A stretch of 64,000 nucleotides of DNA from Anaerolineae bacterium (GCA_034432435.1 DAOUBS010000004.1:3863-67862), one strand, 5' to 3'; counted from the stretch's first letter, positions 8,030-18,645 are shown. Made by a program: numbers and translations. The notes: generated from the letters alone by a model not told the origin.

Positions 8030-9280
8030 ATGAACTTCCCGCTTCACTTTGATCCGATCCTCTACCCTGTCTGGCGGCGGCAGATGCCCACGCCGCTCAA
8101 ACGAGCGCTCATGCCCGTTTTCCGCCGCTGGTTGGCCGCTGACGCCGACCTGACCCCACCGACAAGCGCGCAGGCGATGGCGGGGTGGCTGCGCCGCTGG
8201 AAGCTGCTGGACGGCACACCGAACGAGATTGCTGCCCAGCTGGGGGCGCTTACGCCCGTGACGGCTGCGCTGAGCCAAGCTGACCCTGCCCCCTACGACG
8301 GCGCGCCGCTGCGCCTGCCCGCCCAGTGGGAACCTGCTGAGCGCGTGCTGCTGCGTTGGGGCGTCGTGTATCCGTGGGCGTGGCCGATGTTCGCACAGAT
8401 CGTTCACGCGCTGCTGCCGGTGGTCAAGGTGGAGGTGGTCGTGCCGTCGCAGTGGTGGGCGCGGGCCGTGCTGGCCTACCTGCAGCTGACCGATGGTGCG
8501 CCCCACGTGTGCTTCCTCATCACGCCGACGGACGACATCTGGATCCGCGACTATGGGCCGCTCAGTGGGCGCACTACCGACGGCCAGCCCGTCCTCGTGG
8601 ATATGATCTACCGCCCGCTGCCGCGCTACCCTCAAACTGCCGACGATGGCTTCAATCGGCGCTATGCGGCGCATCACCGCCTGCCGCTAGCGCATCTGCC
8701 GCTGCACTTCGAGGGTGGCAACCTGTGGTCAGATGGGCAGGGGACGCTCATCACCACCGACCACGCGCTGAGCGCCAACCGCCGCAACGGTCAGCGCGCC
8801 CTCACCCCAGATGAGCTGCTGAGCGCGCTGCGCCGCGTCTTGGCGGTCGAGAAGCTCCTCATCACGCCGCGTATGCGCCTCGAGGAAACCGGCCACGTCG
8901 ATCTCGTCGCTAAGCTGGCCGACGCGACAACGGTGCTCGTCACCGCGCCAGATCGCCTCAGCGCGGCCAACCTCAAAGCCGCCGAGCAAACCTTCCGCCA
9001 ACAGACAAACGCCCGCGGTCAGCGCTACGACGTGCGCTTGCTGCCGACGCCGCCGCTCTACCTCAACTGGTTCGTGTACCCGATTCGGCGCGGCTACACC
9101 AACGCGCTCACGGTCAACGGGCGCGTGTTGGTTCCCACTTACGGACTGCCCAGTGACGACGTGGCGCTGCGGGTATACGCCGACGCGATGCCCCAGCACA
9201 CTGTCATCCCCATTGACAGCCGCATCGGGATCAACGGCGGCGGCGCGGTTCACTGCATGACGCGGGAGATTTTCGCGTGA
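8030..9280 (+). CDS. Agmatine deiminase / porphyromonas-type peptidyl-arginine deiminase family protein
   Basis: Motifs LPAQWEP, IWIRDYGP, HFEGGN and the C-terminal GGGAVHCMT catalytic Cys. The first ~50-90 aa look like an over-extended ORF; the real start may be an internal Met, for example near 8177. Confidence 0.8.
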   Translation: MNFPLHFDPILYPVWRRQMPTPLKRALMPVFRRWLAADADLTPPTSAQAMAGWLRRWKLLDGTPNEIAAQLGALTPVTAALSQADPAPYDGAPLRLPAQWEPAERVLLRWGVVYPWAWPMFAQIVHALLPVVKVEVVVPSQWWARAVLAYLQLTDGAPHVCFLITPTDDIWIRDYGPLSGRTTDGQPVLVDMIYRPLPRYPQTADDGFNRRYAAHHRLPLAHLPLHFEGGNLWSDGQGTLITTDHALSANRRNGQRALTPDELLSALRRVLAVEKLLITPRMRLEETGHVDLVAKLADATTVLVTAPDRLSAANLKAAEQTFRQQTNARGQRYDVRLLPTPPLYLNWFVYPIRRGYTNALTVNGRVLVPTYGLPSDDVALRVYADAMPQHTVIPIDSRIGINGGGAVHCMTREIFA

Positions 9281-9485
9281 CTACGGGGGGATTCATGGGT
9301 GAGGCATTCATCGTCACACCGAGCGCTCAAGCACGCGGCTCGGGCACGGGGGCTTCTAGCAGCGCTTCGTGTCGATCTGTCGAGTTTAGCCCCGCCTCGA
9401 CAACAGCACCCTCTCCTAAAGCGCCGTGTGATTTGCTACAATCTGATGTGTGCTGTGTCTAGTTCAACCTTGTGGAGAGCTTGCG

Positions 9486-9719
9486 ATGTCGGTGATGGCC
9501 GCTTTGAAATTCCTAGAACGTGTCGAACGCGAAGAAACCCTGCGCACGCAGCTTTACGTCAGTCGCGCCGACGATCTGCCGCGGTTGCTGCAATTTGCGC
9601 ACGGCAAAGGCTTCATCCTAACCGAGGACGACCTCAAAGAGGCGCTCAACACCTACAAGCCCAAGTTCCCCACCGGCAGCATTGAGCTGCTGAAGCAGTT
9701 GGCAGCCCAGAACGACTAG
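9486..9719 (+). CDS. Nif11-domain small protein
   Basis: 77 aa starting at an ATG with GGAGAG 7 nt upstream. MSVMAALKFLERVEREETLRTQL...AHGKGFILTEDDL matches the Nif11 N-terminal domain pattern. Confidence 0.6.
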   Translation: MSVMAALKFLERVEREETLRTQLYVSRADDLPRLLQFAHGKGFILTEDDLKEALNTYKPKFPTGSIELLKQLAAQND

Positions 9720-9819
9720 GCGCGTTCACCCATCGGTTGTGGGGCAAATCCAACTTTTGTCACACGGTAAACCCGCCCGCAGACCGTATACTCTGGCAAA
9801 TAGCCTGTGAGTCCCTTGC

Positions 9820-10569
9820 ATGTCGATTGATTGGTGTAGTGTTCCTTGTTTTGCGGGCGTGGCCCCAGCGGTGCTGCGCCGTCTTGACGAAGCTGCCCAC
9901 AAGCACACCTACCAAGCGGGCGCGACTATCTTCGCGGAGGGCGAGCCGTGCGCGGGCTTCCACGTCGTGACGGAAGGCATGGTGCGCATCTACCGCATCA
10001 GCCCCGAAGGCCGCATGCACACCCTGAGCCTGCTGCGCCCGCTGGCCACGTTCAACGAGGTGAGCGCAGTCGATGGTCGTGTCAACCCCTACAGCGCGAC
10101 CGCCCTCACCCAGACAAAGGTGTTTCGCATCGCCCATGAGCCGTTTATGGAGCTGCTGCACCAAAACCCGGACCTGCTGCGCAGCTATCTGCAAGCGCTA
10201 GCGCAGGTCAGCCGCGAGTACATCGAACGGCTGGAGGATATGACCTTCCGCACGATCCCCTCGCGCCTCGCCAAGCTCTTCCTGCACGAGAGCACCTACG
10301 CTATCGCCGACATGCCCAGCAAGCTCAGCCAAGAGGACTTGGCCTCGATCTTGGGGACGACGCGTGAGGTCGTCGGGCGGGCGATGCGCGGCCTGTTCAA
10401 CGCCGGGCTGCTCCAAAGGCGAGGCCGTGAGGTCTACATCACGGACCGCGACGGGCTGGCCTATCTGGCCGAGACCAACGAGATGCCCGAAAGGGCGCTT
10501 ACGCCCCTCATGCCCGCTGCGCGCAAGCCGCGCAAGGCGGCCTCCTTTAAACGGAGACCGTCCTCATGA
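9820..10569 (+). CDS. Crp/Fnr family transcriptional regulator
   Basis: cNMP-binding-like beta-barrel (FHVVTEGMVRIYRISPEGRMHTL) followed by a C-terminal HTH (SQEDLASILGTTREVVGRAMRGL). Confidence 0.8.
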   Translation: MSIDWCSVPCFAGVAPAVLRRLDEAAHKHTYQAGATIFAEGEPCAGFHVVTEGMVRIYRISPEGRMHTLSLLRPLATFNEVSAVDGRVNPYSATALTQTKVFRIAHEPFMELLHQNPDLLRSYLQALAQVSREYIERLEDMTFRTIPSRLAKLFLHESTYAIADMPSKLSQEDLASILGTTREVVGRAMRGLFNAGLLQRRGREVYITDRDGLAYLAETNEMPERALTPLMPAARKPRKAASFKRRPSS

Positions 10570-11501
10570 AGAAGATCGTTAGCCTGACGCTTAACCCCAG
10601 CCTTGACAAGAGCACCGCCGTCGACACTGTCGCCAGCGAGATCAAGCTGCGCTGTGACGCGCCTAAAGTTGACCCAGGCGGCGGCGGGGTCAACGTGTCG
10701 CGGGCGATCCACAAACTAGGCGGCGAATCCATCGCGGTGTTGAGCGTGGGCGGCTGCACCGGCGAGACGCTGGCGCGGCTGCTGCAAGCCGAGGGGTTGA
10801 TGGTGCGCAGCGTGCCCGTTGCCGCTGACACGCGCGAGAGCTTCGTGGTCTTCGAGCGCAGCAGCACTCTGCAATTTCGCTTCGGCATGCCCGGCGAGCC
10901 GCTGCAGCCCGCCGAATGGCAAGCGCTGATCGACGCGGCCTTTGCCGAGCAGCCCGATTACCTGGTGGCCAGCGGCAGCGTGCCGCCCGGCGTGCCCGAG
11001 GACATCTACGCGCAGATCGCGCAGCGGGCGCAGGCGGCCGGCGTGCGCCTGATCGTCGACACGTCCGGCGCGGCACTGGCCGCCATGACCGGCGCGGGCG
11101 TCTACCTGCTCAAGCCCAACCTGAACGAGTTGGAGATCCTCTCTGGCGAGAAGTTCAGCGGCGAGGAGCAAATGCTAGCGGCGGCGCGCCGCATGATCGC
11201 CCAACAGATGGCGCAGGTGCTGGTTGTCAGCTTGGGCGCGGCGGGCGCGGCGCTCGTCACCACAGATGACTTCGTCGAGATGAAGCCGCCTGTTGTGCCG
11301 ATTCAGAGCAAGGTTGGGGCGGGCGACAGCATGGTAGGCGGCTTGGTGCTGGCGCTGGCGCGCGGCTGGTCGCTGCGGGATGCGGTGCGCTACGGGATCG
11401 CCGCGGGCAGCGCCGCCGTCATGACCCCCGGCACAGAGCTGTGCCGCCGTGAGGACGCAGAGGCCATCTACCCACGCGTGAAGGTGCTGCAACCGGCGTG
11501 A
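10566..11501 (+). CDS. PfkB-family sugar kinase (1-phosphofructokinase / tagatose-6-phosphate kinase-like)
   Basis: MKKIVSLTLNPSLDKS start and the GAGDSMVGG motif. ATGA overlap with the Crp/Fnr gene. Confidence 0.8.
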   Translation: MKKIVSLTLNPSLDKSTAVDTVASEIKLRCDAPKVDPGGGGVNVSRAIHKLGGESIAVLSVGGCTGETLARLLQAEGLMVRSVPVAADTRESFVVFERSSTLQFRFGMPGEPLQPAEWQALIDAAFAEQPDYLVASGSVPPGVPEDIYAQIAQRAQAAGVRLIVDTSGAALAAMTGAGVYLLKPNLNELEILSGEKFSGEEQMLAAARRMIAQQMAQVLVVSLGAAGAALVTTDDFVEMKPPVVPIQSKVGAGDSMVGGLVLALARGWSLRDAVRYGIAAGSAAVMTPGTELCRREDAEAIYPRVKVLQPA

Positions 11502-11556
11502 TCAGCGCTGAGTGCGCGGCACGTTGGCGGGATATGCCTTAAAAAAGGCGCGCGTT

Positions 11557-14028
11557 TCATTGGCTGGCGGGCTGAGACGCCGCCGGGGCGGGCGGCTCTT
11601 CGAACAGCCGCCAGAAGCGCCGCAGCAGCACCGGGTAGCGCATGCCGTGTTCGAGCAGCACGATCGACAGCAGCAGCGTCGACACCAGTAAGACGATCAC
11701 GCCCGGATCGCGTTCCCACGTCATGATCTTGAACTCGAACAGCTCCGGCAGCGCGTACATCGTGAGGACCGTCAGCGTCATCGAGAGGGTCATCAACAAG
11801 GCGAAGCGCCAGCGCTCGATGAACGTGCGCGGGTTGAGCACGTCCAGCCCCATGATGTGCATGACGGTGTACGCGCCGTAGAAGGTGATGAACAGGGTGA
11901 TGCTGGTGCGGGCGGCCTGCACGTCGCGCCCCTCGTAGAAGAACACACAGGCGTAGACGATGGCCTGCATCACCGCGCCGATCAAGCCGGCCGTCATGAT
12001 GAAGTCCAACACGTCGGAGCGGAAGCGGCGGATGCGCGTGGGCCGCAGCCAGCCGAACGCTACGAAGGTCGCCGGCAGGTTGACTGTGCCGAAGGTGCTC
12101 CAGCTAATTTGCACCGGCGTGATCGGGAACGGCAGGGACATGAACGCGACGAAGATGAAAAACAGGATGTTGTAAACGTTCTTCACGAGGAACATCTTCA
12201 TCGTGCCGAAGATCGTCTGCGTGATCTCTGTGCCTTCGCGGAAGGCCTTCGGCAGGGTGCTCATGGCGTTGTCGAGCAGCACGATGTCGGCGACATCTTT
12301 GCTGATCTGCGTGCCGTCGTTCATGACGATGGCGAGGTTGGCCTGCTTGAGGGCAGGCACGTCGTTCACGCCATCGCCGACCATCGCCACGTAAGCCCCG
12401 CGCCGCTGAAGCGCAGCGATGATGCGCTTCTTCGTGTCAGGATCGACGCGGGCGAACACTGTTGCTTCGCCCACGAGGGTTTCCAGTTCGCTGTCGCTCA
12501 TCGCGTCTACCTGCGCGCCGGTGTAGGCTTGCTCGGCGTCCATGCCGGCCTGTTTGGCGATGGCCTTCACTGTGTCGAGGCTGTCGCCGCTGATGACCTT
12601 GAGGTCGATCCCTTCACGGCGGAAGCTCTCAAGAGTCTCTTGGATGTCGTCGCGGATTTGATCGCTCAAGACGACGAGCGCCAGCGGCTCTGCGTCGTTA
12701 GTCACATCCTTCTCGTTGAACGGGCCGCTCACGCGGGTGAAGGCCAGCACGCGCAGCCCCTGTAAGCTGAGGTTGGTCACGTTGTTATCGAGCGTGTCGG
12801 TCAGGCGCTGCTTGGGCAGGACGCGCTCCGGCGCGCCCAAGACGTAGGCAGCGTCCTCAAAGACGATCGCGCCCCACTTGCGCCCGCTGGGGAAGGGGAC
12901 TTCGCGCACTTTGCGGCGGGCGGGCACGTCGGCGGCGTGCGCGGCTGCGTATTCGCGCACGGCCCCTGCGGTGCGGTTGAGGTGGGCGAGGTTATCTAGA
13001 TAGGCCAGCAGCAGCCCGCTCAGCGTGCGCTCGTCCATGTCTGCCAGCGGGATGATCTGCTGCACCGCCAGCAGGTTCTTGGTGAGCGTGCCGGTCTTGT
13101 CGAAACAGAGCACGGTGGCGTTGCCCAACGATTCGACCGCGTTCACCCGCTGAATGAGCGTGCGCTGGAGGCTGATCTTGATCGCGCCGATAGTCAACGA
13201 GAGGATGGCGACCAACACCAAGCCCTGCGGCACAAGGCTCGTGACGAACACCACCGCGCTGCGCAGCGCCTCAAGCGGGGTGATGGCGTTGATGAACGAC
13301 GCCACGAACACCATCGGAATGAGGGTGAACATCACGACCACGGTCACCTGCACGATGATCTCGATGATCTGCTGGGTGGGCGTGCGGACGCGCTTGTACT
13401 GCTTGGCGACGGCAGCTAGCTTGTTGATGTTGCTGTTCGCGCCGACGCGCGTCGCCCGCATCGTGCCGCTGCCCGCGAGGCAGAAGGAACCGCTGAAGAC
13501 CTCCATGCCCGGCTCTTTGGCCACCGCGTCGCTCTCGCCCGTCAGCAGTGACTCGTCCATCTCAAGCGAGTCCGCTGTGACGATTACTCCATCCACCACC
13601 AGCTTATCGCCCGGCTCGATGCGCAGGATGTCGTCAACCACGACAGCGCGCATGCTGATCTCTTGCCATCGACCATCGCGCTTGACGTGCACCGTCTGCT
13701 CAGAGAGCGCCGCGAGCTTGTCAAGACGACGTTTGGCGTGGATCTCTTGCAGCATCCCCAAGAACGTGTTCGAGACGACGCTGAAGCCGGCAAAAAAGAC
13801 CGTCGCGTAGTCGCCCATGCTCAATACGATAAACAGCAGGCTGAACAAGACGATGTTGAAGAGGTTGAAGACGTTTTCAAAGACAATCTGCCCATAGGTG
13901 CGGCCGACGCGCACTTGGAAGCTGTTGTCGTCGCCGCGCCGCTGCCGCTCCAGCACTTCCGCCTGAGTTAGGCCGCTGGGGGTAGGTGTAGTGGTCGTCA
14001 TCGGGGGGGGCAGCGTCACTTCGGCCAT
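11557..14028 (-). CDS. Cation-translocating P-type ATPase
   Basis: 823 aa with TGES, the CFDKTGTLT phosphorylation site, the GDGVNDVPAL hinge, and 8-10 TM segments. Confidence 0.9.
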   Translation of the reverse strand: MAEVTLPPPMTTTTPTPSGLTQAEVLERQRRGDDNSFQVRVGRTYGQIVFENVFNLFNIVLFSLLFIVLSMGDYATVFFAGFSVVSNTFLGMLQEIHAKRRLDKLAALSEQTVHVKRDGRWQEISMRAVVVDDILRIEPGDKLVVDGVIVTADSLEMDESLLTGESDAVAKEPGMEVFSGSFCLAGSGTMRATRVGANSNINKLAAVAKQYKRVRTPTQQIIEIIVQVTVVVMFTLIPMVFVASFINAITPLEALRSAVVFVTSLVPQGLVLVAILSLTIGAIKISLQRTLIQRVNAVESLGNATVLCFDKTGTLTKNLLAVQQIIPLADMDERTLSGLLLAYLDNLAHLNRTAGAVREYAAAHAADVPARRKVREVPFPSGRKWGAIVFEDAAYVLGAPERVLPKQRLTDTLDNNVTNLSLQGLRVLAFTRVSGPFNEKDVTNDAEPLALVVLSDQIRDDIQETLESFRREGIDLKVISGDSLDTVKAIAKQAGMDAEQAYTGAQVDAMSDSELETLVGEATVFARVDPDTKKRIIAALQRRGAYVAMVGDGVNDVPALKQANLAIVMNDGTQISKDVADIVLLDNAMSTLPKAFREGTEITQTIFGTMKMFLVKNVYNILFFIFVAFMSLPFPITPVQISWSTFGTVNLPATFVAFGWLRPTRIRRFRSDVLDFIMTAGLIGAVMQAIVYACVFFYEGRDVQAARTSITLFITFYGAYTVMHIMGLDVLNPRTFIERWRFALLMTLSMTLTVLTMYALPELFEFKIMTWERDPGVIVLLVSTLLLSIVLLEHGMRYPVLLRRFWRLFEEPPAPAASQPASQ

Positions 14029-14182
14029 GCGTCTATACTCCGCGAGCGTTGTTTTCAGGGTTGCAGATTACTGATTGTATCAATACAACACAAGAAATCC
14101 TCAAACGATTTGCCTCTTCTCGAATATGCTTCGAATATGCTATGCTAAAATTTGGATCACACACGGAAATAAGAGACGCCCT

Positions 14183-15406
14183 ATGCGAATGGCAATCGGC
14201 TGTTTGATGATGATCGCAGCGCTGTTGGCGGCGTGCAGCGCCCTGCCCGAGCCAGATCGTAACGAGCCGCTGCCCACCCCGCGCGCGCTCGACACGCCGC
14301 TGCCCACGCTTCCTCCCCCGCCTTTCCAGGCGGCCGACACTCGCATCACCGCCCAAAACGCCGAGCAACTGCGCTACTTGGGCCGCCTCAGCACCGACGC
14401 CGCGCGCCCAAGTTCGATCTTTGCGCATACCATCTCGTTGGATGGCACGCGCCTCGCCGCCCTCAACAATGATCTGCTGGTGGTGTGGAACCTAACGACG
14501 GGCGCTGTCGCCCTCACAAAAGGGCGCTTGGGCGCGACGCGCGTCTTTTACTCGCCCGATAAAGTCGAGATTTACACCCTCGGCTCGGAGGGGCTGGTGC
14601 GCGTCCACAACGCCGATACCGCGTCTGACTTGAACCAGTTTCAGCTTGGGGTGGCTTACAGCGGCGCGAGCGCGTTCTACGAAGAAGAGGGCTGGCTGGC
14701 CGTAGGCGGCCTCGATGGGCGGCTGCAAGTGTGGGACACCCAAGCCCGCCAAAGCCTCAGCCGATGGGACGCGATCCGCGCGCGGATCACCGCGGTGGCC
14801 TTCGACGCCGCCGGTGAGCGCCTGCTGAGCGCCGCCGACGACGGCACGGTACAGGTGTGGGACTGGCGCGAGCGGCGTTTGATCGCTTCGTACCGCACCC
14901 AGTTCCCGAACGTTGTGGCGGTGGCTTTCTCGCCGGATGGGGCGCAGTTCAGCTTGGTCACGCCCTTTTACGTTGAGACGTACTCGCTGCGCGAGAACCG
15001 CTTCTTGTGGACGATCGAGATCGGCGTGAGCGACACGAGCGACGTGTTCCGCTACAGCCCAGATGGGCGTTTCGTGCTCACCGGCGGCAGCGAAGAAACC
15101 CCCATCACCGTTCTCAACGCAGCCGATGGCACGGTCAAAGCGCAGCTCCCCCAAACGACGGGCACGCGCACCGCTGCCCGTTTTAGTGCGGATGGGGCGC
15201 TGCTGGCGACTACTGTGCTGGATGGGCAGGTGACGTTGTGGAACATCGCTGAAGCGACGGAGGAGACGATCCCCTCAGCGCGGCTGCTGGTCGGCTCTAC
15301 GCGCATCACCGGCCTCGAGTGGTCAGACGACGGCTTCACGCTGGCCTTTTTTGACGCCAACGGGCAGGTTTACCTGTGGGGAATTCGCCGCGCCAACGCC
15401 CCCTGA
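14183..15406 (+). CDS. WD40-repeat lipoprotein
   Basis: Start chosen at MRMAIGCLMMIAALLAAC (lipobox LAAC). Repeated WD-like units follow (VWNL, QVWDT, VQVWDW, VTLWNI, VYLWG). Confidence 0.7.
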   Translation: MRMAIGCLMMIAALLAACSALPEPDRNEPLPTPRALDTPLPTLPPPPFQAADTRITAQNAEQLRYLGRLSTDAARPSSIFAHTISLDGTRLAALNNDLLVVWNLTTGAVALTKGRLGATRVFYSPDKVEIYTLGSEGLVRVHNADTASDLNQFQLGVAYSGASAFYEEEGWLAVGGLDGRLQVWDTQARQSLSRWDAIRARITAVAFDAAGERLLSAADDGTVQVWDWRERRLIASYRTQFPNVVAVAFSPDGAQFSLVTPFYVETYSLRENRFLWTIEIGVSDTSDVFRYSPDGRFVLTGGSEETPITVLNAADGTVKAQLPQTTGTRTAARFSADGALLATTVLDGQVTLWNIAEATEETIPSARLLVGSTRITGLEWSDDGFTLAFFDANGQVYLWGIRRANAP

Positions 15407-15517
15407 ACCATCGCAGGCACGACACGCCGTGCCCATAAGACACCGTTCCGCGTTCAAGTTTAATGCGCGGTGTGCTACAATCGCGTAAAGAAGAGACAGA
15501 TGAGGGCAAGGCATTTT

Positions 15518-15976
15518 ATGGCGGACTGTTCCCAGGCAGATCATCACGCGCTGGCGTTGGAACGGCTGCGCGCGGCGGGCTACAAGCTGACGAACGTCCG
15601 CCAAACAGTGCTGGAGGTGGTCTACCGGCTGGGCGGCCACGTGACATCCGCCCAAGTGCTAGAGGCGGTGGCACAAACGGATTCCAGCATTGGCCGCGCC
15701 AGCGTCTTCCGCACGCTGGATCTGTTCGCGCGGCTGGCTATCATCCGCCCCACGTTCATCGAGAGCAGCCTTACCCCCAGTTACGTTCTGATGCCCAACG
15801 GCCATCATCATCACGTCGTGTGCATGACCTGTAACCGCGTGATCGAGTTTGAAGAGTGCAACCTCGACGCGATTGCTTTTGACCTTGAGCGCCGCCTTGA
15901 CGTGCGCATTCAAGGCCACCTGCTAGAGTTCTACGCTGTCTGTAACCACTGTTCTACGTCGTCAAAGCAGGGCTGA
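15518..15976 (+). CDS. Fur-family metalloregulator (Zur candidate from context)
   Basis: Winged-helix N-terminal domain, an HHHH stretch, and CMTC ... CNHC structural zinc pairs. Start chosen at MADCSQ. Confidence 0.8.
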   Translation: MADCSQADHHALALERLRAAGYKLTNVRQTVLEVVYRLGGHVTSAQVLEAVAQTDSSIGRASVFRTLDLFARLAIIRPTFIESSLTPSYVLMPNGHHHHVVCMTCNRVIEFEECNLDAIAFDLERRLDVRIQGHLLEFYAVCNHCSTSSKQG

Positions 15977-15982
15977 CGCCTC

Positions 15983-17122
15983 ATGCACGTCATCTTCAAC
16001 GGTTGGTTTTGGGATCGCCCGGACACCGGCAGCGGCCAGTACATCCGCCACCTGCTGCCGGCCTTGCGCCGCCTCGCGCCTGACCTTAAGCTGACGCTGG
16101 TGCTGCCCGGCTCATCCGCCAACTCGTCAGATGAGATTCCCTCAGGTGTGGACGTGATCTTCACCAACACCTCGCGCGGCCACCTCAGCAAGGTCTGGTT
16201 CGAGCAGCGCACCTTTCCGCGCTTGGCGGGCAAGGTCGGCGCGGATCTGGCGCACGTCCCCTATTGGGGCGGGGCGCTCAGCAGTCCCGTCCCGCAGGTC
16301 GTCAGCGTGTTAGACGTCATCCCGCTGCTGCTGCCAGAGTACGGGCTGGGGGTTTTCAATCGGCTCTATACGTCACTCGTCAGCACATCGGCACGCGGGG
16401 CCGACCACCTCATCACGATCAGCCAGACGAGCAAGCTCGACATTGAGCAGCAGCTCGACATCCCAACCGATAGGATCAGCGTGACGTACCTAGCCGCCTC
16501 CGAGCGCTTCCACCCGATGATCGGGCGCGAGCGTGATGCTGCCGTGCGTGCCAGGTACGATCTGCCCGAGCGTTTCGTGCTTTACTTAGGCGGCTTCGAC
16601 CGACGGAAGCAGGTCAACGAGCTGCTGCTGGCCTACACCTACGTGATGGAGGCGGAAGGCGCAAACTTCCCGCTGGTGCTAGCGGGCAAAGAACCCGCCT
16701 GGGGCAGCAGCCCGCTCTTCCCCGACCTGCGCGCCTACGCTGACAAGCTCCAACTCGGCGACATGGTGCGTTGGATCGGCTACGTGCCCGAAGAGGACAA
16801 GCCTTCGCTCTATCGCTTGGCGGATGTCATCGTGTTCCCCAGCGTGTACGAGGGCTTCGGCCTGCCCCCGCTGGAGGCGATGGCCAGCGGCACGCCCGTC
16901 ATCGCGTGGGACAGTGTCGTGTCAGATGAAGTCTTCGAGGACGCGGCCTACCTGACGGACAGCAGCCGCAAGATGGCCGGGGCGATTATCGCGCTGCTGC
17001 TGCAACCGGACTTCCGCGCCACGATGGTCACACAGGGCTTGAGCCTCGCCACGCGCTACACGTGGCGCAAAACCGCCCAAGCCACCCTTAACGCCTACGA
17101 GCGGGTGCTGAACAAAGCTTAG
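15983..17122 (+). CDS. Glycosyltransferase family 4 (GT-B, RfaG-like)
   Basis: C-terminal [18 protein letters not shown] motif. Starts 7 nt after the Fur-family gene. Confidence 0.8.
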   Translation: MHVIFNGWFWDRPDTGSGQYIRHLLPALRRLAPDLKLTLVLPGSSANSSDEIPSGVDVIFTNTSRGHLSKVWFEQRTFPRLAGKVGADLAHVPYWGGALSSPVPQVVSVLDVIPLLLPEYGLGVFNRLYTSLVSTSARGADHLITISQTSKLDIEQQLDIPTDRISVTYLAASERFHPMIGRERDAAVRARYDLPERFVLYLGGFDRRKQVNELLLAYTYVMEAEGANFPLVLAGKEPAWGSSPLFPDLRAYADKLQLGDMVRWIGYVPEEDKPSLYRLADVIVFPSVYEGFGLPPLEAMASGTPVIAWDSVVSDEVFEDAAYLTDSSRKMAGAIIALLLQPDFRATMVTQGLSLATRYTWRKTAQATLNAYERVLNKA

Positions 17123-18309
17123 CTCACCCACCCGAACGGGTCGTCATAATCCGCCCACGCCTGCGGGCTGAGCGCGTACTCGGCGTCGGTCAGCAGGCAG
17201 GCGTCGAGCGCAGCGCGCAGCCGCGGCTCGTCTAACTGCTGGCCGATAAACACCAGTTCCTGCCGCCGGTCACCGATGTCGGGCAGCATCTCGCGCTGGA
17301 TGGACGCCACAAAGTCGGGGTCGTCGGGGTAGTCCTCGGGTTCAGCCAGCGCCCACCACATCCCAGCTGGCGCTAGGCGGACGAGACGCCCCGCCTGTGA
17401 CCACGTGCCGGCGGTGTCGTTGTCGTGGGCCAGCCAGACGATCCCTTTGGAGCGCAGCACCCCCTCCAGCATCCTGCCGCGGGTCAGCGCGTCGTAGAGG
17501 CGCTCTGGGTGGAAAGGCCGACGCGCCCGGTAAACGAAGCTGCTGATGCCGTATTCCTCGGTTTCGGGGGTGTGCGGCTCGCTCGTCAGCCACTCGTCGA
17601 ACGAAGCCGCCTCCTCAAAGTTAAAGCGCCCCGTGTTGAGGATCATGTTGAGCGGCACTTGCGCGTTGACCGTGGGGATGATCGTCGCGTGGGGGTTCAT
17701 GCGTCGCAGCAGCGCCTCCAGCTTGGCGACGTCCTCGGCGGGCGTGATGTCCGTCTTGTTCAGGACGATCACATTGGCGAACTCGATCTGATCGACGAGC
17801 AGATCAACGATGCTGCGTTCATCGTTTTCGTCGATGGCCATGTCTCGGTCAGCCAGCGTGTCGAGGCTGTTGAACTCGTGGATGAGGTTGGCCGCGTCCA
17901 CGACCGTGACCATCGTGTCTAGGCGTGCCACGTCGGACAGGCTGTGGCCTTGCTCGTCCAGCGGGAACGTAAACGTCTCAGCCACGGGCAGCGGCTCGCT
18001 GATGCCGCTGCTCTCGATCAGCAGGTAGTCAAAACGCCCCTCGCGCGCTAGCTTGCCCACCTCGACGAGCAGATCGTCGCGCAAGGTGCAGCAGATGCAC
18101 CCGTTCGTCATCTCCACCAGCCGCTCGTTCACGCGGCTGAGATGCGCACCCCCCTCGCGCACGAGCTGCGCGTCCACGTTGACCTCGCTCATGTCGTTGA
18201 CGATCACCGCTACGCGCATCCCCTCGCGGTTGTTCAGCACGTGGTTGAGCAGCGTGGTCTTGCCCGCGCCGAGGAAGCCTGAAAGAACCGTCACAGGCAG
18301 CTTCTTCAT
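17119..18309 (-). CDS. COG0523/CobW-family G3E GTPase (putative zinc metallochaperone)
   Basis: P-loop [12 protein letters not shown], the CICCTL (CxCC) metal motif, NKTD, and a CobW_C-like C-terminus. Confidence 0.85.
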   Translation of the reverse strand: MKKLPVTVLSGFLGAGKTTLLNHVLNNREGMRVAVIVNDMSEVNVDAQLVREGGAHLSRVNERLVEMTNGCICCTLRDDLLVEVGKLAREGRFDYLLIESSGISEPLPVAETFTFPLDEQGHSLSDVARLDTMVTVVDAANLIHEFNSLDTLADRDMAIDENDERSIVDLLVDQIEFANVIVLNKTDITPAEDVAKLEALLRRMNPHATIIPTVNAQVPLNMILNTGRFNFEEAASFDEWLTSEPHTPETEEYGISSFVYRARRPFHPERLYDALTRGRMLEGVLRSKGIVWLAHDNDTAGTWSQAGRLVRLAPAGMWWALAEPEDYPDDPDFVASIQREMLPDIGDRRQELVFIGQQLDEPRLRAALDACLLTDAEYALSPQAWADYDDPFGWVS

Positions 18310-18405
18310 CGTTCACCCTTTTGAGTAGTCGATCCAATTGATTGAGACGATGCGTTCAACGCTGGACGGCAGGCCAAACAGAGAAACAAGCAGGGCAGGA
18401 AGGAA

Positions 18406-18645
18406 TTAAGCGAGGCTCTTGGGGTTGAAGCCGCGTTCCTTCAGATAGGTTGAGATGCCCACTTTGTCGATGGTCTTCATGTCGTTCGTCGTCACGCGGA
18501 TCTTCACCCACCGCTCCAGCTCTGGGATGTAGTAGCGCTTTGTCTGCATGTTGAGCTTGAACAAGCGCTTGGAGGTGTTGAAGGCGTGCGAGCGGCTTTG
18601 GCCAAACTGCGGTTTGCGCCGCGTCATACGGGTTCTGCTAGGCAT
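18406..18645 (-). CDS. rpmB: 50S ribosomal protein L28 (cysteine-free form)
   Basis: 79 aa. MPSRTRMTRRKPQFGQSRSHAFNTSKRLFKLN aligns by eye with the L28 N-terminus (GKRPxxGNNxSHAxNxTKRRFxPN). The protein contains no Cys. Confidence 0.8.
   Translation of the reverse strand: MPSRTRMTRRKPQFGQSRSHAFNTSKRLFKLNMQTKRYYIPELERWVKIRVTTNDMKTIDKVGISTYLKERGFNPKSLA

Noticed and set aside
9486-9719. The Nif11-domain protein as a RiPP precursor.
   Set aside because: The tail has no Cys, no Ser/Thr-rich core, and no GG/GA leader cleavage motif. No LanM, cyclodehydratase, rSAM or C39-peptidase transporter gene is nearby.
18310-18405. A Zur/Fur box upstream of the COG0523 gene (CAATTG-centred sequence near 18338).
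   Set aside because: Only a 6-bp palindrome is present, the flanks are not symmetric, and it has no similarity to a second site upstream of 19204. This is not enough to call an operator.
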